A stretch of 64,000 nucleotides of DNA from Candidatus Spongiisociaceae bacterium (GCA_965219685.1 CBDCOH010000002.1:416001-480000); one strand, 5' to 3'; positions 8,951 through 23,092 are shown, counted from the first letter of the stretch. Made by a program: numbers and translations. The notes: generated by a model not told the origin, from the sequence alone.

Positions 8951-11097
8951 TTAAGTTGGGGCTCCGACTGTGGCCTCGGCCTCGGTATCGGCTTCCGCGT
9001 TCGTATCCAGAGGATCTCCGTAGACCTTGGCACGCCGGAACTCCTTGAGTACGGCCATTGTGGAAGCGACTATCAACAGTCCACCGACCATGGTGAGGAA
9101 GGCGCCGATACCGGTCAGGAACTGCATGTCACCGGAGCGGACATGCGTGAGAATCCATGCGAAGGCGATACACGTCACAGCGCTTCCCAACCCGGCTGTC
9201 ACGGTGCTCCATCGCCATCTCCATTGCTCATCGCCGCCGAATACACCCGCGGCGGGAAGGCCGGCCAACATGGCCAGCAGTCCGGCGATCAGTGCCCAGA
9301 GACCGAGTTGCGGGCCGCTACCAGCGACGCCGTTGGTGAACGATGCCTGCCTGGCTTGGGCCTCCAGGACGAGAAGATCGGCCGCGTATACGGCTTGATT
9401 CTCCGGATCCTCATCGGCCCTGCGCTTGAGATCCTCGATCTCCACGATCCGTGCTTCGGCTTCCGCCAAGGCTTCAGGTGTAAGGGCCCGATCGGGTCGG
9501 CTATCAGCACTCCAACCGGAGAATACGCCGAGAAGGAGCACGAGCATCGCGATCCCCAGGCCGATGATCCTCCCCCAGTTGATTCCCAACGGGAGCGGGT
9601 GGAGCGGCGAGTGTTTTGCGACCCTCATCCACAGAATCGCTCCGACCGAGGCGATAAGCCCTCCTGCGATCGCGAGGTACACACCGATTCCGTGGCCCGG
9701 ATCCACGGCGCCGGCCGCGATTCCAGCATCGGTTACCGACTGGGCGAGCAAATGAGCGGACGATACGACCAGTGTGGAGATCGCAGCAATGACCGCCCCG
9801 TCTGCGGCGAGCCACCGGGGAGTTCGGCCCGGTCGGGCGCCGAAGGCTGCCACCGCAAGCACTACGAACAGACCCAGCGCCAGCACAGTGATACCGAACC
9901 AGGATCCCCCGGATGCCGACAGCCCGGTGAAAACCTGTCCGGCAAGCTCGGCTTCGAGAGAAGCGTCTGTCCACCTTCCCCAGGCGCTGATCTTTCCGGC
10001 ATTAGATGTCCACGGGAGGAAGGCGCTCACGACCGTCACCAAGCCTCCGATGAGCGCCACCAGCATCGGGAGGCGCTCGCGGGTGGCGATCGGCGCGTAC
10101 TCATCTGCTTCCTGATACTCGACGATGGCGGTTGGCTCCGTATCGGGGATCAGCATCTCCGGATCCCGGCGGTGCTTCCAAGCCAGTTGGATGCGCTTGA
10201 AGAAGTTGGTGGACTCGGTGCCCTGACGCTGCGACATCCTGTCGAGCACGACTGCTACCAGGAAGAAAGCCAGGCCTCCCGCTGCGCCTTCGCCGACATC
10301 CTGGTTGTTTATGGCCCGTAGCAGCACGCGCCCGAGGCCGAACGAGCCCATGAGCGCGGCGATCCCGAGCATCGAGATGGCCAGGAGGAGGGTCTGGTTG
10401 ATACCGGTCATGATGGCGGGCCGGGCCAGCGGGATCTGAACGTCGAAGAGGACACGGGCCTCCGAGGCGCCGTAGGCGCGGGAAGCCTCGACCACATCCG
10501 GGGGGACCTGACGTATACCCAGGTTTGTGAGGCGGATCAATGGGGGGAGTGCGTACACCATTGTCACCATCGTCGCTGAGACCTCGCCCAATCCGAAGAA
10601 CCAGATGAAAGGCAACATGTAGACGAAGGAATGAACCACCTGCATAGCATCGAGAATCGGTCTGGTCACCTGCCAGATGCCGTCCACCCGGCCACAGGCG
10701 ATACCGACCGGGATCCCGATCACCACGCAAAGGATGACCGCCACGCCGATGAGACCGATCGTGGCAGCGGTTTCCTTCCAGTATCCGGTGTCCAGCAAAC
10801 CGCAGAGACTCAAGGACACCGCTACGAAGACAGCAACCTTCAGGTTGCGGGTTATCCACGCTACCAACGCCATCGCCAGCACGATCCAAACCCACGAGAT
10901 CTCGATAAGCAGGTCGCGGACAAGACTGCGGACCATGATCTCGAACGGCCAGGCGAAGATATCGAGCACCGTCGTGAGGTTGACCGCTATCCACCTGGCG
11001 GCCTGTTCCATCCAATCCCCGAAGGGGACCGTCCACTCGTCGAGGAGAGCGTTGTCCCAGATTGGTATCCGCTCCGAAGCCTGAGCGAGGACTGCGG

Positions 11098-11101
<4 letters not shown>
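8951..11101 (-). CDS. proW: Betaine ABC transporter permease (ProW-like) with long C-terminal membrane extension
   Basis: RPILDAMQ...PPLIRLTNLGIRQV..VVEASRAYG (EAA loop), IMTGINQT; 716 aa. Confidence 0.88.
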
Positions 11102-12321
<1,220 letters not shown>

Positions 12322-12418
12322 CGCCACTCCTCCCAGGGGCTGACTGTCCCGCGAGCCGTCTTGTAGCAACGGTGGATCACCGGGATACGCTCCAACCGCC
12401 GGACGACTCACATTCTCT

Positions 12419-12453
12419 GTCTCGCGATACGGTACTGTTCCGCATCGTAGCAC
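12419..12453. promoter_or_regulatory. Tandem 17-bp palindromic operator upstream of proV1
   Basis: GTCTCGCGATACGGTAC-T-GTTCCGCATCGTAGCAC; same motif at four other promoters in the window. Confidence 0.75.
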
Positions 12454-12552
12454 AAAGGCCTATGACATTCTCAGTTGCACAGGTTTTTTCGGTCAGCGAG
12501 TACTGGTGGGGGACTCACGGCTTTGAACATCGCAGAGGCCGTGTCGGGGAAG

Positions 12553-12583
12553 GAAGGAGGGCGCCTGAGCGGCGCCCTCCTTC
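12553..12583 (-). terminator. Hairpin terminator downstream of proX2
   Basis: GAAGGAGGGCGCC-TGAGC-GGCGCCCTCCTTC; shares its core with the hairpin at 7407-7433. Confidence 0.7.
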
Positions 12584-12610
12584 ACCGTTTGACTAGCCCT
12601 GGTGGGGGTC

Positions 12611-14986
12611 TCAGCCGGTCAAGCGCGCTGCGCGGAGCCACGAGTCCGCAAGTTCGCGGTTGTCGCCGATCCATTCGGCGGCGTGGCGCCTGATGTCGTC
12701 CTCGCTGTTCTCACCGGCCTGCATGCGCACGTTCTGGAGGGCGATGTCGACCGGGTTGATGGTGAACAACTCGAACAGTCTGGCCGCGGCCGGGTTAGCG
12801 GCGAGGAAGTCGTTGTTGGCGATCACCGCGATATCCGCCGCGTCCCAACCGAGCAGGCACGGGTCGGTGGTGCATCTGTCGCCAATCGACGTCGGGCCTT
12901 CGATCTGGGTGGGCGAGATCGAGGGGTCCTCGTGGATGGAGACCCACACGGCATTGTCGCCCGGGCGCAGATCGCTCACGTAGTGAGAGGGCGCCCAGGT
13001 ATAGACCAGGTAGGGCTCCCCGGCTGCGTCCCTGGCGATAGCGTCCGCGATCATCGCGTCGTATCCACCGATATCGAACTGCTCGATGTTGTCCCAGCCC
13101 CCGTTCTCGATCCAAGCGTTGATGTTGGCGTGACAACCCCAACCTTCCGGGCAGCCGTAGATCTGGAGTACGCCGTCGCCCGGCGACGGGTCAGCCGCCT
13201 CGTATGTGGCGAACTGATCAGGATCCGCCAGCAGGGCATCGAGAGTGGTCAACCCGTTCGCGTCGGCGAAGGCCTTGTTGGTGATAAGCCCTTGCACGCC
13301 CGCTCTGGCCATCTCCCGGCCTAAGCGGGTGACATGGTCACTAACCAGGGAGCCGTCGGGCATCGTCCCTGCCAGGAACTGGTCGTGGTTCGGGAGCCAC
13401 GAGTTGACCCAGAAGTCGAACTCACCGTTGGCCATCGCCACATACGCGTTGGAGGGCGCAAGTTCCAGATCGGCCGGATCAGTCACCTCGTAACCCAACT
13501 CTGCGAGCAGCGCCGCATAGATAGCAGCCTGCATGTAGCCGGTCGACCAGTTAGCCCGCGCCATCGTCACCGAAACCCCCGAACCAGGTGTCTCGTCAAC
13601 CGGCACGCGGGCGACCGCCAGCCACACATCGACGGTGGCGCGGTTGTCGGCGATCCATTCGGCGGCGTGGCGCCTGATGTCGTCCTCGCTGTTCTCACCG
13701 GCCTGCATGCGCACGTTCTGGAGGGCGATGTCGACCGGGTTGATGGTGAACAACTCGAACAGTCTGGCCGCGGCCGGGTTAGCGGCGAGGAAGTCGTTGT
13801 TGGCGATCACCGCGATATCCGCCGCGTCCCAACCGAGCAGGCACGGGTCGGTGGTGCATCTGTCGCCAATCGACGTCGGGCCTTCGATCTGGGTGGGCGA
13901 GATCGAGGGGTCCTCGTGGATGGAGACCCACACGGCATTGTCGCCCGGGCGCAGATCGCTCACGTAGTGAGAGGGCGCCCAGGTATAGACCAGGTAGGGC
14001 TCCCCGGCTGCGTCCCTGGCGATAGCGTCCGCGATCATCGCGTCGTATCCACCGATATCGAACTGCTCGATGTTGTCCCAGCCCCCGTTCTCGATCCAAG
14101 CGTTGATGTTGGCGTGACAACCCCAACCTTCCGGGCAGCCGTAGATCTGGAGTACGCCGTCGCCCGGCGACGGGTCAGCCGCCTCGTATGTGGCGAACTG
14201 ATCAGGATCCGCCAGCAGGGCATCGAGAGTGGTCAACCCGTTCGCGTCGGCGAAGGCCTTGTTGGTGATAAGCCCTTGCACGCCCGCTCTGGCCATCTCC
14301 CGGCCTAAGCGGGTGACATGGTCACTAACCAGGGAGCCGTCGGGCATCGTCCCTGCCAGGAACTGGTCGTGGTTCGGGAGCCACGAGTTGACCCAGAAGT
14401 CGAACTCACCGTTGGCCATCGCCACATACGCGTTGGAGGGCGCAAGTTCCAGATCGGCCGGATCAGTCACCTCGTAACCCAACTCTGCGAGCAGCGCCGC
14501 ATAGATAGCAGCCTGCATGTAGCCGGTCGACCAGTTAGCCCGCGCCATCGTCACCGAAACCCCCGCCCCGGGGCCCTTGCCGGCCTCTTCGAGCGCCATC
14601 TGGGCTTCTTGTGCGGCCCTCTCGGCGTCTTGTGCGGCCCTCTCGGCGTCTTGTGCGACCTGCTGGGCATCCTCGAGTTCCATCTGGGCTTCTTCTGCGG
14701 CCTTCTGGGCTTCTTCCAGCGCCATCTGGGCCTCTTCGCCGCCTTCAGCAGCAGCTGCTTCCGCATCTTCCAGTGCAGCTTTGGCCGCCTCTAACTCGGC
14801 TTCTGCTTCCGCCAGAGCCGCGTTAGCCGCCTCTTCAGCAGCCTGTGCCGCCTCCTGCGCGCTGGTGTCGATGACGGTGACGGGCGCCTGGGTCTCGGCC
14901 GGGGCTTCCGGTTCGTCATCCCCGCACGCCACGGCCAGCAGTGAGAACACCGCCAGTAATGCCAAGGCTCTTCTCGTCCTCTTCAT
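12611..14986 (-). CDS. proX: Betaine ABC transporter substrate-binding lipoprotein with two tandem identical ProX-like domains
   Basis: Lipobox LAVAC, Ala/Glu/Gln-rich stalk, then the domain beginning GVSVTMARANWSTGYMQ present twice. Confidence 0.85.
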   Translation of the reverse strand: MKRTRRALALLAVFSLLAVACGDDEPEAPAETQAPVTVIDTSAQEAAQAAEEAANAALAEAEAELEAAKAALEDAEAAAAEGGEEAQMALEEAQKAAEEAQMELEDAQQVAQDAERAAQDAERAAQEAQMALEEAGKGPGAGVSVTMARANWSTGYMQAAIYAALLAELGYEVTDPADLELAPSNAYVAMANGEFDFWVNSWLPNHDQFLAGTMPDGSLVSDHVTRLGREMARAGVQGLITNKAFADANGLTTLDALLADPDQFATYEAADPSPGDGVLQIYGCPEGWGCHANINAWIENGGWDNIEQFDIGGYDAMIADAIARDAAGEPYLVYTWAPSHYVSDLRPGDNAVWVSIHEDPSISPTQIEGPTSIGDRCTTDPCLLGWDAADIAVIANNDFLAANPAAARLFELFTINPVDIALQNVRMQAGENSEDDIRRHAAEWIADNRATVDVWLAVARVPVDETPGSGVSVTMARANWSTGYMQAAIYAALLAELGYEVTDPADLELAPSNAYVAMANGEFDFWVNSWLPNHDQFLAGTMPDGSLVSDHVTRLGREMARAGVQGLITNKAFADANGLTTLDALLADPDQFATYEAADPSPGDGVLQIYGCPEGWGCHANINAWIENGGWDNIEQFDIGGYDAMIADAIARDAAGEPYLVYTWAPSHYVSDLRPGDNAVWVSIHEDPSISPTQIEGPTSIGDRCTTDPCLLGWDAADIAVIANNDFLAANPAAARLFELFTINPVDIALQNVRMQAGENSEDDIRRHAAEWIGDNRELADSWLRAARLTG
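12667..14565. repeat. Direct repeat of about 915 bp (12667-13581 and 13651-14565; 984-bp period) inside proX2
   Basis: Identical ORF-track translations in several frames at offset 984; boundaries read by eye. Confidence 0.92.
14607..14657. repeat. 21-bp tandem repeat (about 2.4 copies) encoding AQDAERA heptads
   Basis: TCTTGTGCGGCCCTCTCGGCG twice plus a partial copy. Confidence 0.85.
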
Positions 14987-15045
14987 TTTCTGTCCTTCCT
15001 TCTCGCTTGCGTTCTACGACCAGGCTTGGTCTGTGCGTGTGCCGG

Positions 15046-17216
15046 TCAAGGCTGAGTCCTCGGCGCAACCAACCCGTCCACAGCGGCCTTCGGAGGGGTT
15101 CCCGGGTCCGGCTGACCAGGCTGATGGTCCGCTTGGTATACCTTTGCTCTCTGGAACTCCCTCAATACCGCTCGCATCGATGCGAAGAGGAAGAATCCGG
15201 CCAGCAGGCACAGGAACGCACCAGGGCCGCTGACGAAGTTGGGGTCCGAGACGCGCACCAGCGAAACGATCCACCCTGCCGACACGAGCATTACCCCTGC
15301 CCCCAGCGCGGAGACCGCGACGCTCCACCTCCAGCGCCGTCTGTCGTCCCTACCGAACAGTCCGGCCGCCGGGAGGGTGAGCAGGAACGCCACCCCGCCC
15401 ATCCCCAAGGTCAGATACCCGAGGCGGGAACCGGTCTCGCTGAAACCATCGGTGCGCACGATGTTCTTCCGCTGGGCTTCGGAAGCAAGCGCCGCGATCT
15501 GGGTGGCGTTCTCCGAAGCCTTGGACGGATCCTCACGCGCTTCCGTTTCGAGGCGGTCGATCTCGGCTTGCAACTCGGGAGTGATGACCGACGCTACTCG
15601 CGAGTCAACCGACCACGACGACAGTCCGGTCACCACCAGCATTCCCACAATCGCCACCGAGATGACCAAGCGGATGATGGACACGGTGGACGGCAGCGGG
15701 CGTAGAGGATTGTAGGGGGCGCTTCGCATCCATATAGCAGCACCGGCAACGGCGATGATCCCGCTACCCAGGGCTAGCCAAGCCCCGATCCCGTGGCTGT
15801 AGGACGTCGCCTCGGAAGGTGTATCGATCCAAAGGTAGGCGAACGCCGACGCCAGCAGGCCCACGGCCGAGATCAGGGCGCCGTCGGCCCCGAACCAGCG
15901 GGCCACCGTGCCCGGTCTGGTCAGTGTGGTCAGCGCGGAACCCAGTACTATCACGCTCGTTGCCAGCACGGCGATCCCGAAGAAACTACCCCCCTCGGCG
16001 GCCAACCCGTTGAAGCTCAGCCCGCCCAGGTCCAGGTCGGACGCCCGGCCGTACGCCGAGATATGGCCGGAGTCGCGTCCCCAAGGGAGGAAGACCGAGA
16101 TCACCGCCAGCACGGACGCGGCCAGGCCGATCCATGCGCCCACCCTCTCTGCGTTCCCCACCGGCGCCGGAGTTCCTTCAGAGACTTCGTCGGTGGCAAG
16201 GCTCTTCGCGGGTCCGTCCAGAAGCACTTCCGGGTCCCGCCGGTGCGCCCAGGCCATGCGAATACGGCCGAACAGGTTGGTACTCTCCCCGGCCTCGGTC
16301 TGGGTGATGCGATCCAGGACCACCGCGACGATGAACAGGGCGAGCCCGGCGGAGGTCGACAGCGGAGTGTCGATGTTCACCACCGCCCGGAACACCAGGA
16401 GGCCCAGCCCGCTAGCACCCATGATGGCGGCGATTCCGATCATCGATATCGACAGGAGGAGGGTCTGGTTCAGGCCGGTCATGATGGCGGCTCGGGCCAG
16501 CGGTAGCTGGACATCGATGAGCACCCGCAACTCCGAGGCGCCGTAGGCGCGCGACGCCTCGACGACGTCTGCGGGTACCTGCCGGATCCCGAGGTTGGTG
16601 AGGCGGATCAGCGGGGGAACGGCGAATACCATCGTCACCATGGTGGCCGGTTCGGGGCCGAGGCCGAAGAAGAAGATGAAGGGGATTATGTAGACGAAGG
16701 CGTGGACCACCTGCATGGCGTCCAGGACGGGGCGCACCACCTTCCATACGCCGTCGAAGCGGCCGCAAAGGACCCCGAGAGGGATCCCGAATACTGCGCA
16801 GATCACCACCGCAACCACGATCAGCCCTATGGTCGTGGTCGTCTCCGCCCAGAATTCGTTGCCCAGCAGCCCGCATACCGCCAGCAACACGGCAAGGCCG
16901 AAACCCACCCTGAAGTTGCGGGTCATCATCCCCACCACCAATACCAATCCGCATACGAGCACCCAGGACATGTCCGTGATCTCCCACCATGGGTGGTACT
17001 CGGGTCCGTCTACGAAGTTCCGGAACAGGAACGAGAACGGCCACTCGATGACGTCCAGGACGGATCCCATATTTCCGACGACCCAGTCCACGATCTCGTC
17101 CATCCAGGACCCGAACGGTATTTCCCAGGAGTCGAGAACGGTGTTGTCCCAGAACCGGGTGGTTTCCTCTGCGGAGCCACCTTGGGCGAGGATGGTTGTG
17201 GGTCGGGTGTGGGGGT

Positions 17217-17220
<4 letters not shown>
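15046..17220 (-). CDS. proW: Betaine ABC transporter permease (ProW-like) with long C-terminal membrane extension, paralog 2
   Basis: RPVLDAMQ, PPLIRLTNLGIRQV, VVEASRAYG; 724 aa; clearly diverged from proW1. Confidence 0.88.
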
Positions 17221-18440
<1,220 letters not shown>

Positions 18441-18700
18441 TCTCCTCCCCGACCGGCCTACCGCGCTGCGATACCGCGGCGACTGATAGCGTCAGCGAGT
18501 AGGGACACAGTGACGACCGCCTTGATCACGTCGGTCCCGAACATCGCCGTCATAGTGCCTGGTCATCGCTGCATTTCATGGTGCACCGCGATCATCGTTT
18601 TCCCGGGTCGACTCCTACCCGCGGACGCTCTCACCGCCGGCAGGTGGCTCGTGTTGACCTTAGTGCGCGGCTAACTGTTCCGCACTCGAAAGTGGGTTTT

Positions 18701-18735
18701 GTATCACGATGCGGAACGGTTCCGCATCGTAGGAC
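18701..18735. promoter_or_regulatory. Tandem 17-bp palindromic operator (proV2 side of divergent region)
   Basis: GTATCACGATGCGGAAC-G-GTTCCGCATCGTAGGAC; an extra GTTCCGCA half-site at 18677. Confidence 0.75.
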
Positions 18736-18900
18736 GCTGGCGGGCGGGAAGGTACCCACGGCGAGGTGGCAACCGGTGTCCGTTCGGAGACATCGACGCG
18801 CGCGGGGCGGACGCCGTTCGATTGTCTCACCGATCAGAAGCGTGAACACCCACCGATTGACCCCTAACCGCCGGGCAGCGTGGGAATGAGGACTCCGTTC

Positions 18901-18935
18901 GTACCACGATACGGTACCGTTCCGCATCGTAGTAC
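18901..18935. promoter_or_regulatory. Tandem 17-bp palindromic operator upstream of fhs
   Basis: GTACCACGATACGGTAC-C-GTTCCGCATCGTAGTAC. Confidence 0.75.
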
Positions 18936-18989
18936 CGAGCCGGTTAGCATGGTCCTCCGAAAGTACCTAGAAGCTCTCGCGGAGTTGCC

Positions 18990-20759
18990 ATGAGCGTCAC
19001 CGCCGGTTTTCCCTCCGACCTGGAGATCGCGCAAGCCGCCACCCCCAAACCCATCGCTGAGATCGCCGACGCGATCGGCATCCGCCCCGACGAGTTGATC
19101 CCTTACGGCTCCACCAAGGCCAAGGTCCACCTGGACATCCTCAAACGAGTGGGCCGTCGCCCTAGGGGCAAGTACGTGGATGTGACCGCTGTCACACCCA
19201 CCCCTCTCGGTGAGGGAAAGACCACCACGACCATTGGTCTGGTGCAGGGCTTGGGCCTCCTGGGGAAGCGGCCCATAGCCACCATCCGGCAACCCTCCAT
19301 GGGTCCCACGTTCGGGATCAAGGGCGGCGCGGCCGGAGGAGGCTACAGCCAGGTCATTCCGATGGACGAGTTCAACCTGCACCTCACCGGCGACATGCAC
19401 GCCATCAGCGTCGCGCACAACCTGGTGGCCGCAGCGCTCGACGCTCGCTGGTATCACGAGCGGAGACTCACCGACTCCCAGTTGGAGGCACTCGGCCTCG
19501 ACCGGCTGAACATGGACATCTACCAGACGCGCTGGCGCCGGGTGGTGGATGTCAACGATCGGGCCCTGCGCAACGTCGTCGTCGGGTTGGGCGGGCGATT
19601 CGACGGTCGGCCCCGAGAGACCGGCTACGACATCACCGTGGCCTCGGAGTTGATGGCGATACTGGCCCTCACGGACGGCGCCGACTATGCCTCGGCGCTG
19701 CGGAATCTGCGGAGCCGCTGCGCTCGGGCGGTCATCGGCAATGACGAGGACGGTCGGCCGATAACCCTGGAGGATCTCGAGGTCGCCGGGGCGGTTACGG
19801 TCCTCATGCGGGATGCACTGCACCCCACGCTGATGCAGACCCTCGAGGGCCAGGCAGCCTTCGTGCACGCCGGACCGTTCGCCAACATTGCGCACGGGAA
19901 CTCCTCGATCCTGGCCGACCGGGTCGCCCTGCAGTTGGGCGACTACGTGATCACCGAGTCCGGATTCGGGTCTGACATGGGAATGGAGAAGTTCTTCGAC
20001 ATCAAGTGCCGTGTCTCCGGACTCGTTCCCGACGCAGTGGTGATGGTGGCAACCATCCGGGCCTTGAAGACGCACGGTGGTGGGCCCAAAGTTGTGCCGG
20101 GCCGGCCCCTCGCCGAGGCGTATACCAGCGAGAATCTCCCGTTGCTCGAGGCGGGCCTCACGAACCTGGCCGCCCACATCGACGGCGCTCGCCGATTCGG
20201 TGTACGGGTCGTAGTGGTAGTCAATGCGTTTCCAACCGATACCGACAACGAGATCGAAACCGTGAAGAGGGCCGCGCTCGGCGCCGGGGCGGCCGCGGCG
20301 GTGACCTCCACGCACTGGGCGGATGGGGGTAGGGGAGCGACTGACCTTGCGCGGGCGGTCATCGATGCCTGCGAGGAGCCCACCGACTTCCGGTTTCTCT
20401 ACCCGCTCGAGGCGTCGATCAAGGGGAAGATCGAAGCTATTGCCACCGAGCTATACGGCGCCGACGGGGTGGACTACTCACCGCGGGCCGAGCGTGACAT
20501 AGCCGGATACGAAAAGGACGGCTACGGCAACCTGCCTGTATGCATGGCGAAGACACCTCTCTCACTCTCCCACGATCCCAACCTGAAAGGCCGGCCCACC
20601 GGGTTCCGCCTTCCCGTGCGCGAGGTTCGGGCATCGGTCGGCGCCGGATTCCTGGTTCCCATCCTCGGGGCGATCAACACCATGCCGGGACTCGGTACCA
20701 AGCCTGCCTACATGAACGTCGACATCGACGAGGACGGCAAGATTGTCGGCCTGTTCTGA
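18990..20759 (+). CDS. fhs: Formate--tetrahydrofolate ligase
   Basis: TPTPLGEGKTTT, GPTFGIKGGAAGGGYSQV, HAGPFANIAHGNSS, CMAKTPLSLS, TMPGL. Confidence 0.97.
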   Translation: MSVTAGFPSDLEIAQAATPKPIAEIADAIGIRPDELIPYGSTKAKVHLDILKRVGRRPRGKYVDVTAVTPTPLGEGKTTTTIGLVQGLGLLGKRPIATIRQPSMGPTFGIKGGAAGGGYSQVIPMDEFNLHLTGDMHAISVAHNLVAAALDARWYHERRLTDSQLEALGLDRLNMDIYQTRWRRVVDVNDRALRNVVVGLGGRFDGRPRETGYDITVASELMAILALTDGADYASALRNLRSRCARAVIGNDEDGRPITLEDLEVAGAVTVLMRDALHPTLMQTLEGQAAFVHAGPFANIAHGNSSILADRVALQLGDYVITESGFGSDMGMEKFFDIKCRVSGLVPDAVVMVATIRALKTHGGGPKVVPGRPLAEAYTSENLPLLEAGLTNLAAHIDGARRFGVRVVVVVNAFPTDTDNEIETVKRAALGAGAAAAVTSTHWADGGRGATDLARAVIDACEEPTDFRFLYPLEASIKGKIEAIATELYGADGVDYSPRAERDIAGYEKDGYGNLPVCMAKTPLSLSHDPNLKGRPTGFRLPVREVRASVGAGFLVPILGAINTMPGLGTKPAYMNVDIDEDGKIVGLF

Positions 20760-21159
20760 GCCATCGCCTCCTGGCGTCGAGGCTCCGACAGCTTCCGTCC
20801 GGTATCTGGTCGTCGACTGTCTCGACCTCGACCGATCGGCCCGGTTCTGGGGAGCCCTGCTCGGACTCCGGGCGGGACGGCGTCTCGGCAACTATCTGTT
20901 CATGGGATCGGTGCTCCCAAGGTGTGACCTGGTCCTGCAACTCGTGGACGGGGTGACCGCCGACAAGAGTCCCGTCCACTTCGACATCCAGGGGGCCGGT
21001 TCGGAGGACTATGAGAAGATCGTTGCCCAAGCGGAACGGCTTGGTGGCAGAATCGTGGAGACGGTGACCGAGGACGAGTACACCTTGACCGTGATGGCCG
21101 ATCCCGACGGCAACGAGTTCTGCGTCAACCGGGTGCCATCCGGGCAGCCCGTCGGATGA
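20743..21159 (+). CDS. VOC/glyoxalase family protein
   Basis: LVVDCLDLDRSARFWGALLG...VHFDI...VMADPDGNEFCV; start codon uncertain. Confidence 0.8.
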   Translation: MSACSEPSPPGVEAPTASVRYLVVDCLDLDRSARFWGALLGLRAGRRLGNYLFMGSVLPRCDLVLQLVDGVTADKSPVHFDIQGAGSEDYEKIVAQAERLGGRIVETVTEDEYTLTVMADPDGNEFCVNRVPSGQPVG

Positions 21160-21208
21160 GGACACCGAGTACCGACGCTCATGGAGAGCGAGGAAAGGAG
21201 GTGATCGA

Positions 21209-23092
21209 ATGCCGAAGGTGAAGCTCCCTCGCCTTACCACCCCGTACGTCAGGCGTAACGGCGAGTTGGCGCCGGCCGACTGGGACGAAGCGCTGACCGT
21301 CGCTGCGTCCCGGCTTGCGGCGCACGCCGGACGTTCCTACGGGATGTTCTCGTGTTCCAAGGCGACCAACGAGATGAACTTCCTCGCCCAGAAGTTCTCG
21401 CGGGTGGTGATGGGATCCAACAACATCGACTCCTGTAACCGCACCTGACACGCTCCCTCCGTCGCCGGTCTGGCGGCAGTCTTGGGAGTGGGAGGCGGGA
21501 CATCCTCCTACGAGGAGATCGAGACCACCGACGTGATCCTCCTGTGGGGATCCAACGCACGCGAGGCGCACCCGATCTTCTTCCACCACCTCATGAAGGG
21601 GGTACGCAACGGCGCCACCCTGTACACGGTCGATCCCCGCCGGACCACATCTGCCATGTGGGCGGATGTCTGGCTGGGCATCGACGTGGGATCCGACATA
21701 GCGCTTGCCAACACCCTCGGGCGGGAGATCATCGTATCCGGACTGCACAACCGGGCGTTCATCGACCATGCCACCTTCGGTTTCGACGATTATGCGGCAG
21801 CGGTCGAACCGTGGACCCTGGAGCGGGGCGCCGAGGTAACCGGCGTTCCGGCCGCGGTTCTCCGCCGCATGGCTCACGACTACGCAACCGCCGAGCAGGC
21901 GCAGATATGTTGGGCGCTGGGAATCACCGAGCACCACAACGCGACCGACAACGTCCTGGCGCTCATCAACCTGGCGCTGCTCACGGGTCACGTGGGCCGT
22001 TACGGTTCAGGCCTGGTGCCGATAAGAGGCCAGAACAACGTCCAGGGCGGCGGTGACATGGGCGCATTGCCCAACAAGCTGCCGGGCTTCCAGGATGTCG
22101 CCGACCCGGTCGCCAGAGGCAAGTTCGAGGCGCTCTGGGGCCGGTCCGTACCTGAACGGCCCGGCAAGCACATCTCGTTGATGCTCGAGGCCATGGAGAA
22201 CAGGGAGATCACCGCGTTGTACGTGATCGGCGAGAACCCGGCCCAGTCCGAGGCCCGGTCCGACCATGTGCGGGGGATCCTGTCGGGGCTCGAGTTCATG
22301 CTCGTCCAGGACATCTTCATGACGAGGACCGCCGAGTTGGCCGACGTGGTGCTCCCCGCCGCGGCCGGATGGGCGGAATCGGAGGGCACCGTGACCTCGT
22401 CCGAGAGGCGCGTCCAGCGGGTTCGTAAAGCGCTCAACCCCCCTGGATCCGCCCGGGACGATCTCGACATCATCTCGGCCCTCGCAGACCGGATGGGCCA
22501 CGGCTGGGGATTCCCGACCGCCGAGGAGTTGTGGGACGAGTTGAGAAGTCTCTCACCGTTGCACGCAGGCATGTCGTACCGGCGTTTGGAGGAGTCGGGC
22601 GGTCTTCAGTGGCCCTGTCCGGACGAGGATCATCCGGGGACGCTTTTCCTCCATGGTGGCCTCTGGGAGGACCCCATGCCCCGCGATCAGGTCCCGTTCA
22701 TACCCACCCCGTGGGTCCCACCGGTTGACGAGTTGACAGACGACTATCCGATCCGGCTCACGACGGGTCGCCGTCTCGACTCCTACAACACCGGGGTCCA
22801 ATCCGGCGGGTACGGCTCTCCCCTTCGCGCAAAGGTGGCCGTCGAGGTGGCCCCGGAAGACGGCGCGACCCTCGGGTTGTCGGAGGGTCAGTGGGTCAGC
22901 GTCACCTCACGGCGCGGATCGATTGACGTACCCGTGTACTTCCACCGCTCACTCCGGCCCGGCTTGGCCTTCATGGCCGTGCACGATCCCGACGAAGCCG
23001 ATGTGAACCTACTCACTGTCGATGTCTGGGATCCGAAGTCGGGTACGGCGGAGTTCAAGGCAACCGCGGTCCGCATCGAACCCGTGGTCTAG
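21209..23092 (+). CDS. fdhA: Formate dehydrogenase catalytic (Mo/W-bisPGD) subunit with selenocysteine (UGA at 21446-21448)
   Basis: ORFs 21209-21448 and 21482-23092 are in the same frame. Read-through gives NNIDSCNRT-U-HAPSVAGL, matching the FDH active-site Sec/Cys-His motif; RGQNNVQG is also present. Confidence 0.9.
21449..21480 (+). other. Putative bacterial SECIS element
   Basis: After the UGA: CACGCUCCCUCC-GUCGCC-GGUCU-GGCGGC. The stem starts 12 nt downstream and has a GGUCU apex like the E. coli fdhF SECIS. Confidence 0.7.

Noticed and set aside
12322-12453. N-terminal extension of ProV1 (MLRCGTVPYR...) and similar RCGTVP peptides near 18.7, 18.9 and 40.9 kb
   Set aside because: These are translations of the DNA operator motif. 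The GTG at 12321 has an RBS and matches copy 2.
18441-18989. THF or ZTP riboswitch upstream of fhs
   Set aside because: I could not identify the conserved elements by eye; an Rfam scan is needed.
21209-21448. Separate 79-aa gene or nonsense pseudogene
   Set aside because: The UGA aligns with the catalytic Sec position and is followed by a SECIS-like stem.
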